A DNA stretch of 64,000 nucleotides from an uncultured Clostridia bacterium (GTDB lineage Bacteria; Bacillota; Clostridia; Christensenellales; UBA3700). Of this stretch, positions 39,246 through 48,676 are shown piece after piece. The position numbers were made by a program, and so were the translations under genes. The stretch spans positions 11,117 through 75,116 of the forward strand of contig CAMXSN010000004.1 of NCBI GenBank assembly GCA_947246685.1, given 5' to 3'. Below the pieces are notes generated by a model. That model saw nothing but the letters and a program-made list of their open reading frames with translations. It was not told the DNA's origin and searched no databases. Numbering within the stretch: position 1 is the first letter of the stretch; each line of letters starts with the position of its first letter.

Positions 39246-40542
39246 ACAATGACGGGGCTTTACTAAAACTCATAATAAAACTATCTGCTAACGACAATAT
39301 TTCGGGTATATCTTTCCGTGAATAATAATCATAAACGGCGCAAACTTTTGCTCCCGCTTGCTTAATAGATTTCATTGCGCTTAACACATCTTCAAAAAAT
39401 AAGCACTTTTCGGGAATGCTTTGCATTTCCCGTACTGTTTCAATAAAAAAGTCGGGGTATTCTTTTCCGCGTTTTGAATTTTCGGCAGTACAGTAACAGT
39501 CAAATAATTCATATATTCCGTTATTTTTCAGCGCAGGAATAAAAAGAGACGGCGGCAAATTTGTGGCTACGCCTAATTTAATACCGCGTTTTTTTAGTTT
39601 TCTTAAATAGGCTTTTGTGTGTGGTTTTAACTTTATATTGTGTTCGTATTCGTATTGTGCCATATTGCGCCATTCGTTTATCAATTCGGTTGTTGTTTCG
39701 GGCAAATCAAATAATGTTTTGGTATATAATGCCGCTTCTTTGAAATTCAATGCACTGACTTTTACAATATAATCTGGCGGTACGGTATAGCCGCGTTTTG
39801 ACAAAAATGCAATGTCAATCTTTTCCCATAAATCATTTGAATTGAAAAGCGTTCCGTCTAAATCAAATACAGCACATTCTATATTGTCTAAATTTAATTT
39901 ATTATCTGCCGAGCGGCGATACGAAAACGCTTTTTTCATACGTTGCGTTTCGTTTTGAATATTATTGCTTGAAATTATAGCAGATACAACCGCCAGCCCG
40001 TCAATATTTATTCCGTCAAAATATGATAAGCGTTCCGTATTGATACCGCCAATCACAACAATGGGCAATGTACTTGCAGAGCAAATTCTTATTAGTTCGT
40101 CGCGTGTTACGATTTCGGCGTTTGTTTTTGTATTCGTTGCAAACATAGCCCCTACGCCGAGATAGTCCGCTCCGTATGCTTCGGCTAAAACTGCCTCTTT
40201 AATCGTTCGTGCAGATACGCCCAATATTTTATTTTTGCCTATCATTTTTCGCGCTGTTTCTATCGGCATATCGTCAACACCTATGTGTACACCGTCGGCA
40301 TCAACAGCAAGCGCAATATCAATTCTATCGTTGATGATTAAAGGCACACCGTATTTATCTGTTATTTGCTTAATGCTACACGCAAGTTTGTAAAATGCTT
40401 TCGTAGATAAATCTTTTTCGCGCAACTGAATAAGAGTACACCCGCCGAGAATTGCTTGCTCGACGGCAATTTCCAAAGTGGGGGTACTCATCAAATTCCT
40501 ATCGGTAACGAGATAGATACTGTAATCAATTTTCGGTTTCAT
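39229..40542 (-). CDS. thiE: Thiamine-phosphate synthase fused to a HAD-family phosphatase
   Basis: 437 aa. N-terminal ThiE (YLVTDRNL...IQLREKD...[21 protein letters not shown]). C-terminal HAD motif [13 protein letters not shown]. Confidence 0.85.
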   Translation of the reverse strand: MKPKIDYSIYLVTDRNLMSTPTLEIAVEQAILGGCTLIQLREKDLSTKAFYKLACSIKQITDKYGVPLIINDRIDIALAVDADGVHIGVDDMPIETARKMIGKNKILGVSARTIKEAVLAEAYGADYLGVGAMFATNTKTNAEIVTRDELIRICSASTLPIVVIGGINTERLSYFDGINIDGLAVVSAIISSNNIQNETQRMKKAFSYRRSADNKLNLDNIECAVFDLDGTLFNSNDLWEKIDIAFLSKRGYTVPPDYIVKVSALNFKEAALYTKTLFDLPETTTELINEWRNMAQYEYEHNIKLKPHTKAYLRKLKKRGIKLGVATNLPPSLFIPALKNNGIYELFDCYCTAENSKRGKEYPDFFIETVREMQSIPEKCLFFEDVLSAMKSIKQAGAKVCAVYDYYSRKDIPEILSLADSFIMSFSKAPSLYGRNY

Positions 40543-41341
40543 TTAATAGCCCGCCTTTTTTATAAAGTTCATAAAAATGATTTGTCGGTCCGCAACCTTT
40601 TCCGATACTTAAAGCGTGTTGTATTGCCGTAGTTACATAATCTTTTGCATTTTTTACAGCAGTAGAAATATCATAACCGAGTGCCAAATTTGAGGCGATT
40701 GCGGACGACAAAGTGCAACCCGTTCCGTGCGTGTTTTTAGTGTTAATTCGTTGCGTTTCAAAACGATAAAATTCTTTTCCGTCAAACAGAATATCAACTG
40801 CGTTTCCAATATAATGACCGCCCTTTATAAGTACGCTTTTACAGCCTAAACCGCAAATTTTAACAGCGGCTTTTTTCATATCTTGTTCGGTATTGATTTT
40901 GATTTTCGTTATAATTTCCGCTTCGGGAATATTAGGTGTGAGAACGGTTGCAATCGGAATTATCGTTTCAATTAGTGTGCCGATTGCATTTGGTTGCATT
41001 AGCGCGCACCCGTTTTTTGCGTACATAACGGGGTCAATAACAATATGTGCGGGCTTGTATTCTTTCAATTTATTTGCAACTATTTTCATACAGTCCGTGT
41101 CTGATAACATACCGACTTTCACGGCATTTACTGTTATGTCCTCAAAAACCGCGTCAATTTGTTTAGCAATTATTTCGGTCTTAATATTTTGAATATCTAT
41201 AACGCGACTTGTATTTTCGGCTACTACGGAAACAATAACACTCATACCGAATACACCGTGCGCCGAACACGTTTTTATATCGGCTTGTATTCCCGCGCCG
41301 CCGCTACAATCAGACCCCGCAATACTCAATACGGTTTTCAT
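40526..41341 (-). CDS. thiD: Hydroxymethylpyrimidine/phosphomethylpyrimidine kinase
   Basis: 271 aa. [21 protein letters not shown] and [11 protein letters not shown] motifs. Confidence 0.9.
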   Translation of the reverse strand: MKTVLSIAGSDCSGGAGIQADIKTCSAHGVFGMSVIVSVVAENTSRVIDIQNIKTEIIAKQIDAVFEDITVNAVKVGMLSDTDCMKIVANKLKEYKPAHIVIDPVMYAKNGCALMQPNAIGTLIETIIPIATVLTPNIPEAEIITKIKINTEQDMKKAAVKICGLGCKSVLIKGGHYIGNAVDILFDGKEFYRFETQRINTKNTHGTGCTLSSAIASNLALGYDISTAVKNAKDYVTTAIQHALSIGKGCGPTNHFYELYKKGGLLNETEN

Positions 41342-41973
41342 ATAATTTGCTCCTTTATGTTATTTGAATAAACTAAAATCAAAGTTCCCGATTTTACCGA
41401 AATAAAACTTTCTTTTCCTATAAACTCATTGCTTACACCGATAGGAAAATGGTTGTATAATACGGCGTTTTTTAATTCAAATTTTAGACCGCTGATTGTT
41501 ACGCCGTCAGATTTTTCCGTTAAAGAAAAGACGGAAATATAGCCGCTTGCTTTATTATCAAAAGAAATTCGCTTGTTTTTAATTGCCGTTATAATGCAAT
41601 TATCGTCATATAAAAAACCTTGTTTGTCTTTCTCCGATAGAAAAGCCAAAGTTTGAATATTTGCTATTGTATGGTCAATTCTGCCGCCCGTGCCGCAATA
41701 AATTTTGAACGTATCAAAACCTAACTGTATGCCTTTACGTACTGCCGCCAAAGTGTCGGTATCGTCCTTATCAACGTTCAATTTTATAACTGTCGCATTT
41801 AACGGCGTTTCGGTTATAGAATCGAAATCGCCTATAATTAAATCAGACTTAATTCCAGCCTCTTGTAAATACTTTAATCCACCGTCGGCGGCTATGATAT
41901 AATCGCCGTTTTGCGGAGTAAAATCAAGCCCGTAATTTTTGCCGGCACCGACTATATAACACGTTTTATTCAT
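41338..41973 (-). CDS. thiN: Thiamine diphosphokinase
   Basis: 211 aa. AADGG, IIGDFDS, KDDTD, GGRIDH and VSNEF motifs of TPK. Confidence 0.8.
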   Translation of the reverse strand: MNKTCYIVGAGKNYGLDFTPQNGDYIIAADGGLKYLQEAGIKSDLIIGDFDSITETPLNATVIKLNVDKDDTDTLAAVRKGIQLGFDTFKIYCGTGGRIDHTIANIQTLAFLSEKDKQGFLYDDNCIITAIKNKRISFDNKASGYISVFSLTEKSDGVTISGLKFELKNAVLYNHFPIGVSNEFIGKESFISVKSGTLILVYSNNIKEQII

Positions 41974-42632
41974 ACGCTTTCCTTTTCAAAAACCATTTCC
42001 CAAAAATAAAGTTCGTGTAAACTTGCTTGACGGAAAATTTCTTTTAATTTTTCTTGCCGTTTGACGGGTAGGCAATCACATTTTTTATCGGCGTAATGCG
42101 CCCAAAATTCGCAACTCTTGATATATTCGTCATTTGCGTAATCGTCGATTAAAGCCCAATACGGCGATTTTTTAATATTAGAATGATTTTTTACAACTTC
42201 GGTAAACACATAACAGTAGCCAATCATACACGGCAATACAGCCATTAAAATTTCGGGTATATCGTTATTTTCCGCAATAGAAAGCATATAGTCCGTATAA
42301 TTTCTATTTACTTTTGTTGCTTGCATAAGTTCTATATCGTCATCGGTTATGCCGAATTGATTTAGATAATTAAGGCGAACGGCAGATTCACCGTCCGTTA
42401 CAAAACTTAAAATATTATAAAATACTTGCAAATCTTTTAAGGTGGTAGAGCGGTACATAGCCATAGCATAAACACGCGCGTATTGTTTTAGATAAATACT
42501 GTCTTGTATTATATAAAACTTAAATTTTTCAAACGGCAATGTTCCTTTTGCCAATTCTTGCACAAAATCTGATTTGTAGCATTTTTCCCATACGTCCATT
42601 GTTTCATTGATTGTTTGTTTGATAAAAGCCAT
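41970..42632 (-). CDS. tenA: Thiaminase II / aminopyrimidine aminohydrolase
   Basis: Start moved to ATG 42632 behind GGGAGG. TenA-like FIIQDSIYLKQYARVYA and C-terminal YFWEM segments. First gene of the thi operon. Confidence 0.8.
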   Translation of the reverse strand: MAFIKQTINETMDVWEKCYKSDFVQELAKGTLPFEKFKFYIIQDSIYLKQYARVYAMAMYRSTTLKDLQVFYNILSFVTDGESAVRLNYLNQFGITDDDIELMQATKVNRNYTDYMLSIAENNDIPEILMAVLPCMIGYCYVFTEVVKNHSNIKKSPYWALIDDYANDEYIKSCEFWAHYADKKCDCLPVKRQEKLKEIFRQASLHELYFWEMVFEKESV

Positions 42633-42719
42633 TTTCGCCTCCCGTTTTTTAATATAAAAAGAGCCTCCCATTTTGGAAAGCCCTTTCACAAAGTCATTTT
42701 GCACACGACAAAGGAAATT

Positions 42720-42793
42720 GCTTCCCTTTATCGGTATTAGCCGATAGGTCTAACGGTCAGTCTTACCTTTTTCAACTTTTTACAGTTCCCGTG
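42720..42793 (-). promoter_or_regulatory. TPP riboswitch, promoter-distal copy (degenerate)
   Basis: Minus strand CACGGGAACTGTAAAAAGTTGAAAAAGG...CTGACCGTTAGACCTATCGGCTAATACCGATAAAGGGAAGC. The 3' half fits the THI-box consensus, but CUGAGA is replaced by UGAAAA. Confidence 0.55.
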
Positions 42794-42814
42794 CAAATGT
42801 TATATATTCAGTTG

Positions 42815-42848
42815 TATAAAAAATGCGCCTTTCATATAGGAAAGCGCA
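42815..42848 (-). terminator. Intrinsic terminator (expression platform of the first TPP riboswitch)
   Basis: Minus strand GCGCTTTCC-TATAT-GAAAGGCGC followed by ATTTTTTAT, between the two riboswitch aptamers. Confidence 0.6.
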
Positions 42849-42864
42849 ATAATGATTAAACACT

Positions 42865-42950
42865 ATTTTGCTCCCTACGTCGGTATTAACCAACAGGTTC
42901 AAAGGGTCAGGTTTTGCCTTCTCAACTCCATAGAGTTCCCCTGCATTTGC
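42865..42950 (-). promoter_or_regulatory. TPP riboswitch, promoter-proximal copy
   Basis: Minus strand AGGGGAACTCTATGGAGTTGAGAAGG...ACCCTTTGAACCTGTTGGTTAATACCGACGTAGGGAGC. Close match to the THI-box consensus. Confidence 0.8.
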
Positions 42951-43365
42951 AAATATAATATCACTTTTGAAAAATAAAGTCAAATAATTCTATGACATTA
43001 AATCACATTCGATATTATTTACATTTCGACAATATCATTAGTTTTTTAACAGCATAACCAAATAGTACGCCGTATTTTCCGTGATATAATTATTGTGTAT
43101 GAGTATATTCTTTTGCATAAGAATTACATAGTTTTGTTATTCGCTTGTGCTTACCGTCTGGGGACGGAATACGCCGCCTTGACAAATTGTAAAGGGCGAC
43201 GATTTATCTCCCGTTAGGCATAAAACCGTCGTCGCCTACGGCGCAAACCCTTGACAATTTGCCTGCGGCGGCATTTTTGGCTGATTAAGACGGTAAGCAC
43301 CAAAGCGAACAACAAAATTTTAAGCCGCAGTCCGCACACACGCAGACAGCGCAAAGGAGTAGACA

Positions 43366-43752
43366 ATGAAAAACGCAGTTATCTACACACGGAGTGCAAG
43401 CCCCAACGAGCAAGCAACCAACGCACAACTTGAAATTTGCCGCGAGTATGCAAACACGCACGGCTATAATATCGTTGCGGAATTTTCAGACAACGGCTAT
43501 TCGGGAATGACTTTTGACCGCCCCGCATTTATTGCTATGAACAACTGCCGCGACAAGTGGGAAACATTGATTGTTTATTGCATAGACAAGTTATCGCGCA
43601 ATAGGCGTGATTTTTGCAAGTATAGAAAAACATTGCGCAACGAGGGCAAAGAAATTGTATCAACTGTCGAGCCGCTTTCGGACGATATTTTTGCAACGAT
43701 AGAGAGTTTGCAAGAGTTTTATACTTATCAAAAAGGAGTACAACACAAATGA
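43366..43752 (+). CDS. Stand-alone resolvase-domain protein (serine recombinase N-terminal domain only, possibly degenerate)
   Basis: 128 aa. MKNAVIYTRSASPNEQ... and IVYCIDKLSRNRRD. The canonical YxRxSSxxQ is altered. The stop overlaps the next ATG (ATGA). Confidence 0.6.
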   Translation: MKNAVIYTRSASPNEQATNAQLEICREYANTHGYNIVAEFSDNGYSGMTFDRPAFIAMNNCRDKWETLIVYCIDKLSRNRRDFCKYRKTLRNEGKEIVSTVEPLSDDIFATIESLQEFYTYQKGVQHK

Positions 43753-45320
43753 AGAACGCAGTTATTTACGCCCGTTTCAGTTCGTCGGGACAAAATGAAC
43801 AGTCAATAGAGAGCCAAATTCGCACTTGTACAGAGTTCGCGGAAAGTCAAGGCTACGCGATTGTCAAAACGTATTCGGACAAGGCAAGGACGGGAACAAA
43901 CGACAGCCGCCCGTCGTTTCAGCGTATGATAAAAGACGCCGCCAGCGGGCAATTCCAATACATAATCGTTTATATGTTTGACCGCTTTGCCCGCAATCGC
44001 CGCGACAGCATTATGTACAAAGAAATGTTAAAGCAAGATTACGGCATACGGGTATTATCGGCAACCCAGCCCATCAGCGACGACGAGGGCGGCGAGTTCT
44101 ACGAAATGTTTTTGGAATGGAACGACGAGAAATACAGCAAGCGATTGTCAAAGCGTGTGCGCAACGGACTTGACACCAGCGTGGAAAACGGCACGTTTTG
44201 CGGCGGTTTTCTGATTTACGGCTACAAGATACGAAAAGAGCCGATAGCGGGCAAACGCGAAAGGTTTATAAAGTACGTTGAAATCGACGAGGAGCAAGCG
44301 GAAATCGTGCGCTATGTTTTTACCGAATACGACAAGGGCGTGCCGAAAAAGGAAATTGCCGACGCGCTCAACGCACAAGGCAAGCGATTGAACGGCAAGC
44401 CGTTCACGGGCAAATCGTTTGACAAGTACATAGTAAACCCGAAATATACGGGCGAGTTCTATTTTGGCGAAAGGCTATGCACGCACACATACCCTGCTAT
44501 TATCGACAAAGCACTTTTCGAGCGCGTGCAAAAACGACTTGCGGCAAACCGCTATTTTGCGGGCGGTATGGCAACGGCGCGTGTGCCTTATCTTTTGACG
44601 GGCAAAGCCTTTTGCGGCAAATGCGAAACGGCTATGGTCGCAGACGGCGGCACAAGCAAGACGGGCAAAACACATCAATACTATGCTTGTAAGCAAAAGA
44701 AAAAAGGCGTATGCGACAAGCACCGCGAGGAAAAAGACAGGTTGGAATTTTACGTTACGCAAATGGTACACGACTTTTTGAGCGACAAGGAAAACGCAAG
44801 AAAAGCCGCCCGTGATACAATCGCGTATTACGACAAGCGAACGGGCGCGGACAATATAAAGAGCCTTGACAGCCGCATAGCGAAAGCCCGCAAGGACATT
44901 GAAGAAATGACAACGGCGTTTATCGAGGCAAAAAGCGCGTTGTTACGGGAAACTATCGAAAAGAGAATGACCGATTACGAAATACTGATAAAAGATTTAG
45001 AGAGCCAAAAAACGCAGTTAGAATACGAGCGCGGTTTGCAAGTCAGCGAAAACGACATACTGGACTATATCGCCGACCTATTGAAAGGCAACCCCGCAGA
45101 CAAGGAATATCAAAAGCAGATAATCGACAACCTTGTTTACAAAGTGTTTGTTGCCGACGATTATATAAACCCGCTTTTAGTTTTGGGGAACGGCAAGGAA
45201 ATTGAAAACGTGCGATTGTCAGAGGTCAAAGACGTTTTGGAAAAACTTTTCGGCGCAAGTGTTCAATCGCAACTACCACTCGCCCGCCAGTTGAAACCTA
45301 AATCGAACATCTCGGTTTAG
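43749..45320 (+). CDS. Large serine recombinase
   Basis: 523 aa. MKNAVIYARFSSSGQNEQSIESQ, VYMFDRFARNRRD, recombinase domain, a Cys-rich zinc-ribbon (CGKCETAM...YYACKQKKKGVCDK) and a coiled coil. Confidence 0.9.
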   Translation: MKNAVIYARFSSSGQNEQSIESQIRTCTEFAESQGYAIVKTYSDKARTGTNDSRPSFQRMIKDAASGQFQYIIVYMFDRFARNRRDSIMYKEMLKQDYGIRVLSATQPISDDEGGEFYEMFLEWNDEKYSKRLSKRVRNGLDTSVENGTFCGGFLIYGYKIRKEPIAGKRERFIKYVEIDEEQAEIVRYVFTEYDKGVPKKEIADALNAQGKRLNGKPFTGKSFDKYIVNPKYTGEFYFGERLCTHTYPAIIDKALFERVQKRLAANRYFAGGMATARVPYLLTGKAFCGKCETAMVADGGTSKTGKTHQYYACKQKKKGVCDKHREEKDRLEFYVTQMVHDFLSDKENARKAARDTIAYYDKRTGADNIKSLDSRIAKARKDIEEMTTAFIEAKSALLRETIEKRMTDYEILIKDLESQKTQLEYERGLQVSENDILDYIADLLKGNPADKEYQKQIIDNLVYKVFVADDYINPLLVLGNGKEIENVRLSEVKDVLEKLFGASVQSQLPLARQLKPKSNISV

Positions 45321-45614
45321 GTTTTTTCTATGCCCTTGTATTCGTGGGAATATGCCGCATATAACGCCGTTAAATGCGTTGTATGGCACAAAAGCGGTTT
45401 TGTCGTGAGTTCGTACAAATAAGATAAAGCGGACGGTTTATGCCGCGAAAGCCGCTTGACGTGAGAAAGGGGCGTGTTAGGCTGGAATGCCAAAGGCAAA
45501 CCAAAACCCGACAGATTTTCAATCGGTCGGGTTGCGCGTTTCGCCCTTATTTGCCTATATACACGCCCCTGCGAGGCTCACGTCAAGCGGAACGTGGAAT
45601 AAATAGTCCGCGTA

Positions 45615-47108
45615 TTAGATACGCATAATCAGTTGAAAGTCAATCATTCTCGGCTGTTTCATATTCTGAATATAAATCGGGTACGGCACGTTTTCCGTAT
45701 AAAAGGAAAAGCCCTGACTTTCGTCAAGGCTCATCGTTTTGGGGCTGTTGTAGACGATTATCATTTTATCGTCAAACAACCGAATTTCTTTTATTAGGTA
45801 ATTGATTAGCATTTGCGGCGATTGCTCCAAAGCAAGTTTGTAAAAGTCGGCAATCTCTTGGCGGCTTAACTTAAACGCCGATTGCGCTTTCTCTATGCGT
45901 ATCTGCTTTTCGAGTTCTTCCGAAAGCGTTTCGAGTTCTCTAAGCCGTTTCATAGCGGTGTTGCTCGTGCCGCCGCACTCTATCGCGGACATAATGTTTT
46001 GTATGGCGTTTTCGGTTTGGCGTTGCTCTTTTACAAGTCGTGTCAATGCCGAATTTGCTTTTATGTAATCGTCTTGCATTTCGAGCAAAGTGTTTACAAT
46101 ATAGTCCATATTGCTTTGCAACTGCGTTATTACGTTTTCAAGTACATAGTTTTCGAGAACGTCTTTTCGCGCTTGGCTCTTTTTGCAACCGTTGCCGTTT
46201 TTGCGTCCCAAACACTTGTAGTAACGTTTCTTTTCGCCGTTCTTGGCTGTACCGCACTCCGCGCTTACGGGACTGCCGCAGTAGCCGCATTTCATTTTGT
46301 TGCGAAGTAGGTAAACGACTTCGGTACTGCGTTTGCCGTAATGGTTTACGTCTATCTTGGCGCGTACTTTATTGAACGTGTCGGTGTCCACGATTTGCGG
46401 ATAGATATTGTCAAACACTTCGTCGTTATGGCGGTATATGCCCGAATACTTTTCGTTTTTGAGTATGTTGTAAACGGTGTTTCTTGCAAACGGTTTACCG
46501 CGATTGAATATGCCTTTTGCGGTCAACGCTTTTATAATGTCTTTAACGCAAACGCCCATAGCATATTGCTCGTAAATGAATTTTACCGTTTCGGCTTTGT
46601 CTTGGTCTATGACTACTTTATGGTTTTCCACTTTGTAGCCGTAGATTATAAAACCGCCCGTAAAATTGCCTTTACTGCGTGTTTCACGCATACCGCGTTT
46701 TACCTTTTGGGAAAGCTCGGCGGAATAGTATTCGGCATAGCCCTCCAACATACTTTCGAGTATGATTGCCTCGGGACTGTCGGGAATATACTCGGTAGCG
46801 GATACAACTTTTACGCCGTTGTCTTTAAGCGTTTTCTTGTGCATAGCCGTTTCGTACTTGTTACGGGAAAAGCGGTCAAACTTGTAAACAAGTATCATAT
46901 CCCATTCGCGTTTTGCGCTGTTTTTAATCATACGCTGGAAATCGGGGCGGTTGTCGTTCGTACCCGTCATAGCGCGGTCTATGTAGGTATCGATTATTAC
47001 AATGTCGTTGGACTTTGCGTACTCGTTGCAAACACGAAGTTGACCTTCTATGCTTTGCTCCGATTGGTTGTCGCTCGAATATCGAGCATAGATGACTGCT
47101 GTTTTCAT
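45615..47108 (-). CDS. Large serine recombinase
   Basis: 497 aa. MKTAVIYARYSSDNQSEQSIEGQ, VYKFDRFSRNKYE, zinc-ribbon CGYCGSPV...YYKCLGRKNGNGCKK and a coiled coil. Confidence 0.9.
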   Translation of the reverse strand: MKTAVIYARYSSDNQSEQSIEGQLRVCNEYAKSNDIVIIDTYIDRAMTGTNDNRPDFQRMIKNSAKREWDMILVYKFDRFSRNKYETAMHKKTLKDNGVKVVSATEYIPDSPEAIILESMLEGYAEYYSAELSQKVKRGMRETRSKGNFTGGFIIYGYKVENHKVVIDQDKAETVKFIYEQYAMGVCVKDIIKALTAKGIFNRGKPFARNTVYNILKNEKYSGIYRHNDEVFDNIYPQIVDTDTFNKVRAKIDVNHYGKRSTEVVYLLRNKMKCGYCGSPVSAECGTAKNGEKKRYYKCLGRKNGNGCKKSQARKDVLENYVLENVITQLQSNMDYIVNTLLEMQDDYIKANSALTRLVKEQRQTENAIQNIMSAIECGGTSNTAMKRLRELETLSEELEKQIRIEKAQSAFKLSRQEIADFYKLALEQSPQMLINYLIKEIRLFDDKMIIVYNSPKTMSLDESQGFSFYTENVPYPIYIQNMKQPRMIDFQLIMRI

Positions 47109-47139
47109 TTGAGAAATCTCCTTTTAGATTAGATTTTTT

Positions 47140-47294
47140 ATTTACCTTTCGGCGGAGCGAAAATAAACGGCAACGCAAAAGTCATAACGCATAAATTGCT
47201 TTCCGTTCTTTTCCGCAAGGGCTACGCAAGTAGTGCATTTTACCCTTGCGAAAAAGTGCGTTGCCGTTTACGCTCCACCGGACGAAAGGTAAAT
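47140..47294. repeat. 155-bp structured element: 38-nt imperfect inverted repeats enclosing an inner 8-bp hairpin
   Basis: Arms at 47140-47177 and 47257-47294 (ATTTACCTTTCG...TAAACGGCAACGCA and its complement). Inner CGCAAGGG/CCCTTGCG at 47213-47220 and 47243-47250. Confidence 0.8.
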
Positions 47295-47297
47295 AAT

Positions 47298-48185
47298 TTA
47301 ATTGGCTGTGGGCATTTGCGCTAATACTTCGAGCGTGGCTTTGCCCCAAACAACGCCGTTACTGTCTATGCAAGTGAAATCGTCGAATAAAATCACTTTC
47401 TTATCGTCAATTCCCGTCGGGCAAATAATATCTTCGTCGAGAATACTGCCCTTGATATAAGTCGGCAATTTACCGCCGAATACAAGTTTTTCACCGCTCT
47501 TTTCTATGTATTTGAGTAGATAGCGAACGGAACGCTCTATATCTCGGCTGCATATCTCTTTGAAATCGTTTCGCCCGAACCTTTCGAGAAAGTGCGTATT
47601 TTGGTATGTCGTTTGCTTGCGGTGTTTTTTCGTGTCGTAATCGGTTACGGTTTTTAATTCGCCTATCATAGCGTTTTCGGGTATGTGGAATATACCGTGA
47701 AAATGCAAACGCTGTTTGTCTGGACTGCGTTCCCATACGCCGATATATTTCCAACCGTTACGGCTTACGGCGTGTTTTAAGGTATTGCGTAAAGTTTCTT
47801 TGAAAGTGTTTTCGTCGTGCTTTGCGCTGTCGAACGTGAAAGTTACAAAATAGTTCCAACTTTGCAAGCGGACTTTACGCCATAACCGTGTACGGCGTTT
47901 TGCCGCATTGATTTTCTTGCGTTCAATGTTTTGCTCGGTATATGCCTTTGCTTGCTCGGCGGTTTCAAATTCGCCTTGCAATTTCTCGGTAATATACTTT
48001 TTCCGCTCGCGCTTGGGTAGGCTTTGGCTTTCTTTGTACGCCGTTTCAAACGCTTGCTTTTGGGTGTCTTGGGTCGTTGCTTTTTTCGGCGGCTGTTTTT
48101 TATGCTTACCGCTCTTAAAATTGTCGGGCGGTATAGCGATAAAATGACTGCCGTCATTGTAGATTTTTGCATCTGTTATTGGCAT
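47298..48185 (-). CDS. HUH-superfamily rolling-circle replication initiator (Rep)
   Basis: 295 aa. Motif 1 FVTFTF, motif 2 LHFHGIFHI (HUH), motif 3 VRYLLKYIEKSG (catalytic Tyr region). Confidence 0.75.
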   Translation of the reverse strand: MPITDAKIYNDGSHFIAIPPDNFKSGKHKKQPPKKATTQDTQKQAFETAYKESQSLPKRERKKYITEKLQGEFETAEQAKAYTEQNIERKKINAAKRRTRLWRKVRLQSWNYFVTFTFDSAKHDENTFKETLRNTLKHAVSRNGWKYIGVWERSPDKQRLHFHGIFHIPENAMIGELKTVTDYDTKKHRKQTTYQNTHFLERFGRNDFKEICSRDIERSVRYLLKYIEKSGEKLVFGGKLPTYIKGSILDEDIICPTGIDDKKVILFDDFTCIDSNGVVWGKATLEVLAQMPTAN

Positions 48186-48473
48186 TGCGATGTTCTCCTT
48201 TTTGTTGTTTTTTGGAAAAAGAAAAAACGGACAAAATACAAAACAATACTTTTCATTGTTCCGTACTTTGCCCGTTTCGTGCGGCGCGTTCCTTTTTTAT
48301 TCGGAAATCTTTTACGCTCGCTTATTTGGCTGTACAAACATACAATACGCCTATTCGTTAAGCCGATATATTCAATTTTCGTGGGGCGGCGTGGCACGTT
48401 GCGCCCCTAACCATACATACATTTTTTTGAGTTGTCGTAGCACGTTGCAACTCTAACCGATAAATACAATACG

Positions 48474-48611
48474 TTAATTTTCTTTCTTTTCTTTTGCTAA
48501 TTCCAAAACTCTTGCGTACAGCGTTTCAAAGAATAGCCGCCGTTCGCTCTCTTGTAATGCCGTTATATCTGGCGTTCCGATAGTAACGACTTTGAGTTCG
48601 GTTTTCAGCAT
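48474..48611 (-). CDS. Small hypothetical protein (45 aa)
   Basis: Strong AAGGAGG RBS, then MLKTELKVVTIGTPDITALQESERRLFFETLYARVLELAKEKKEN. Below the ORF-track cutoff. Upstream of and on the same strand as Rep. Confidence 0.4.
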   Translation of the reverse strand: MLKTELKVVTIGTPDITALQESERRLFFETLYARVLELAKEKKEN

Positions 48612-48676
48612 TTTTCGCACCTCCTTGTTTTAGATTTTATAGGGTTGTCTATGGCAAAATAAAACACCCCTCACTT

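Noticed and set aside
46341-47132. 263-aa plus-strand ORF.
   Set aside because: It is antisense to the large serine recombinase 45615..47108, which has all the canonical motifs.
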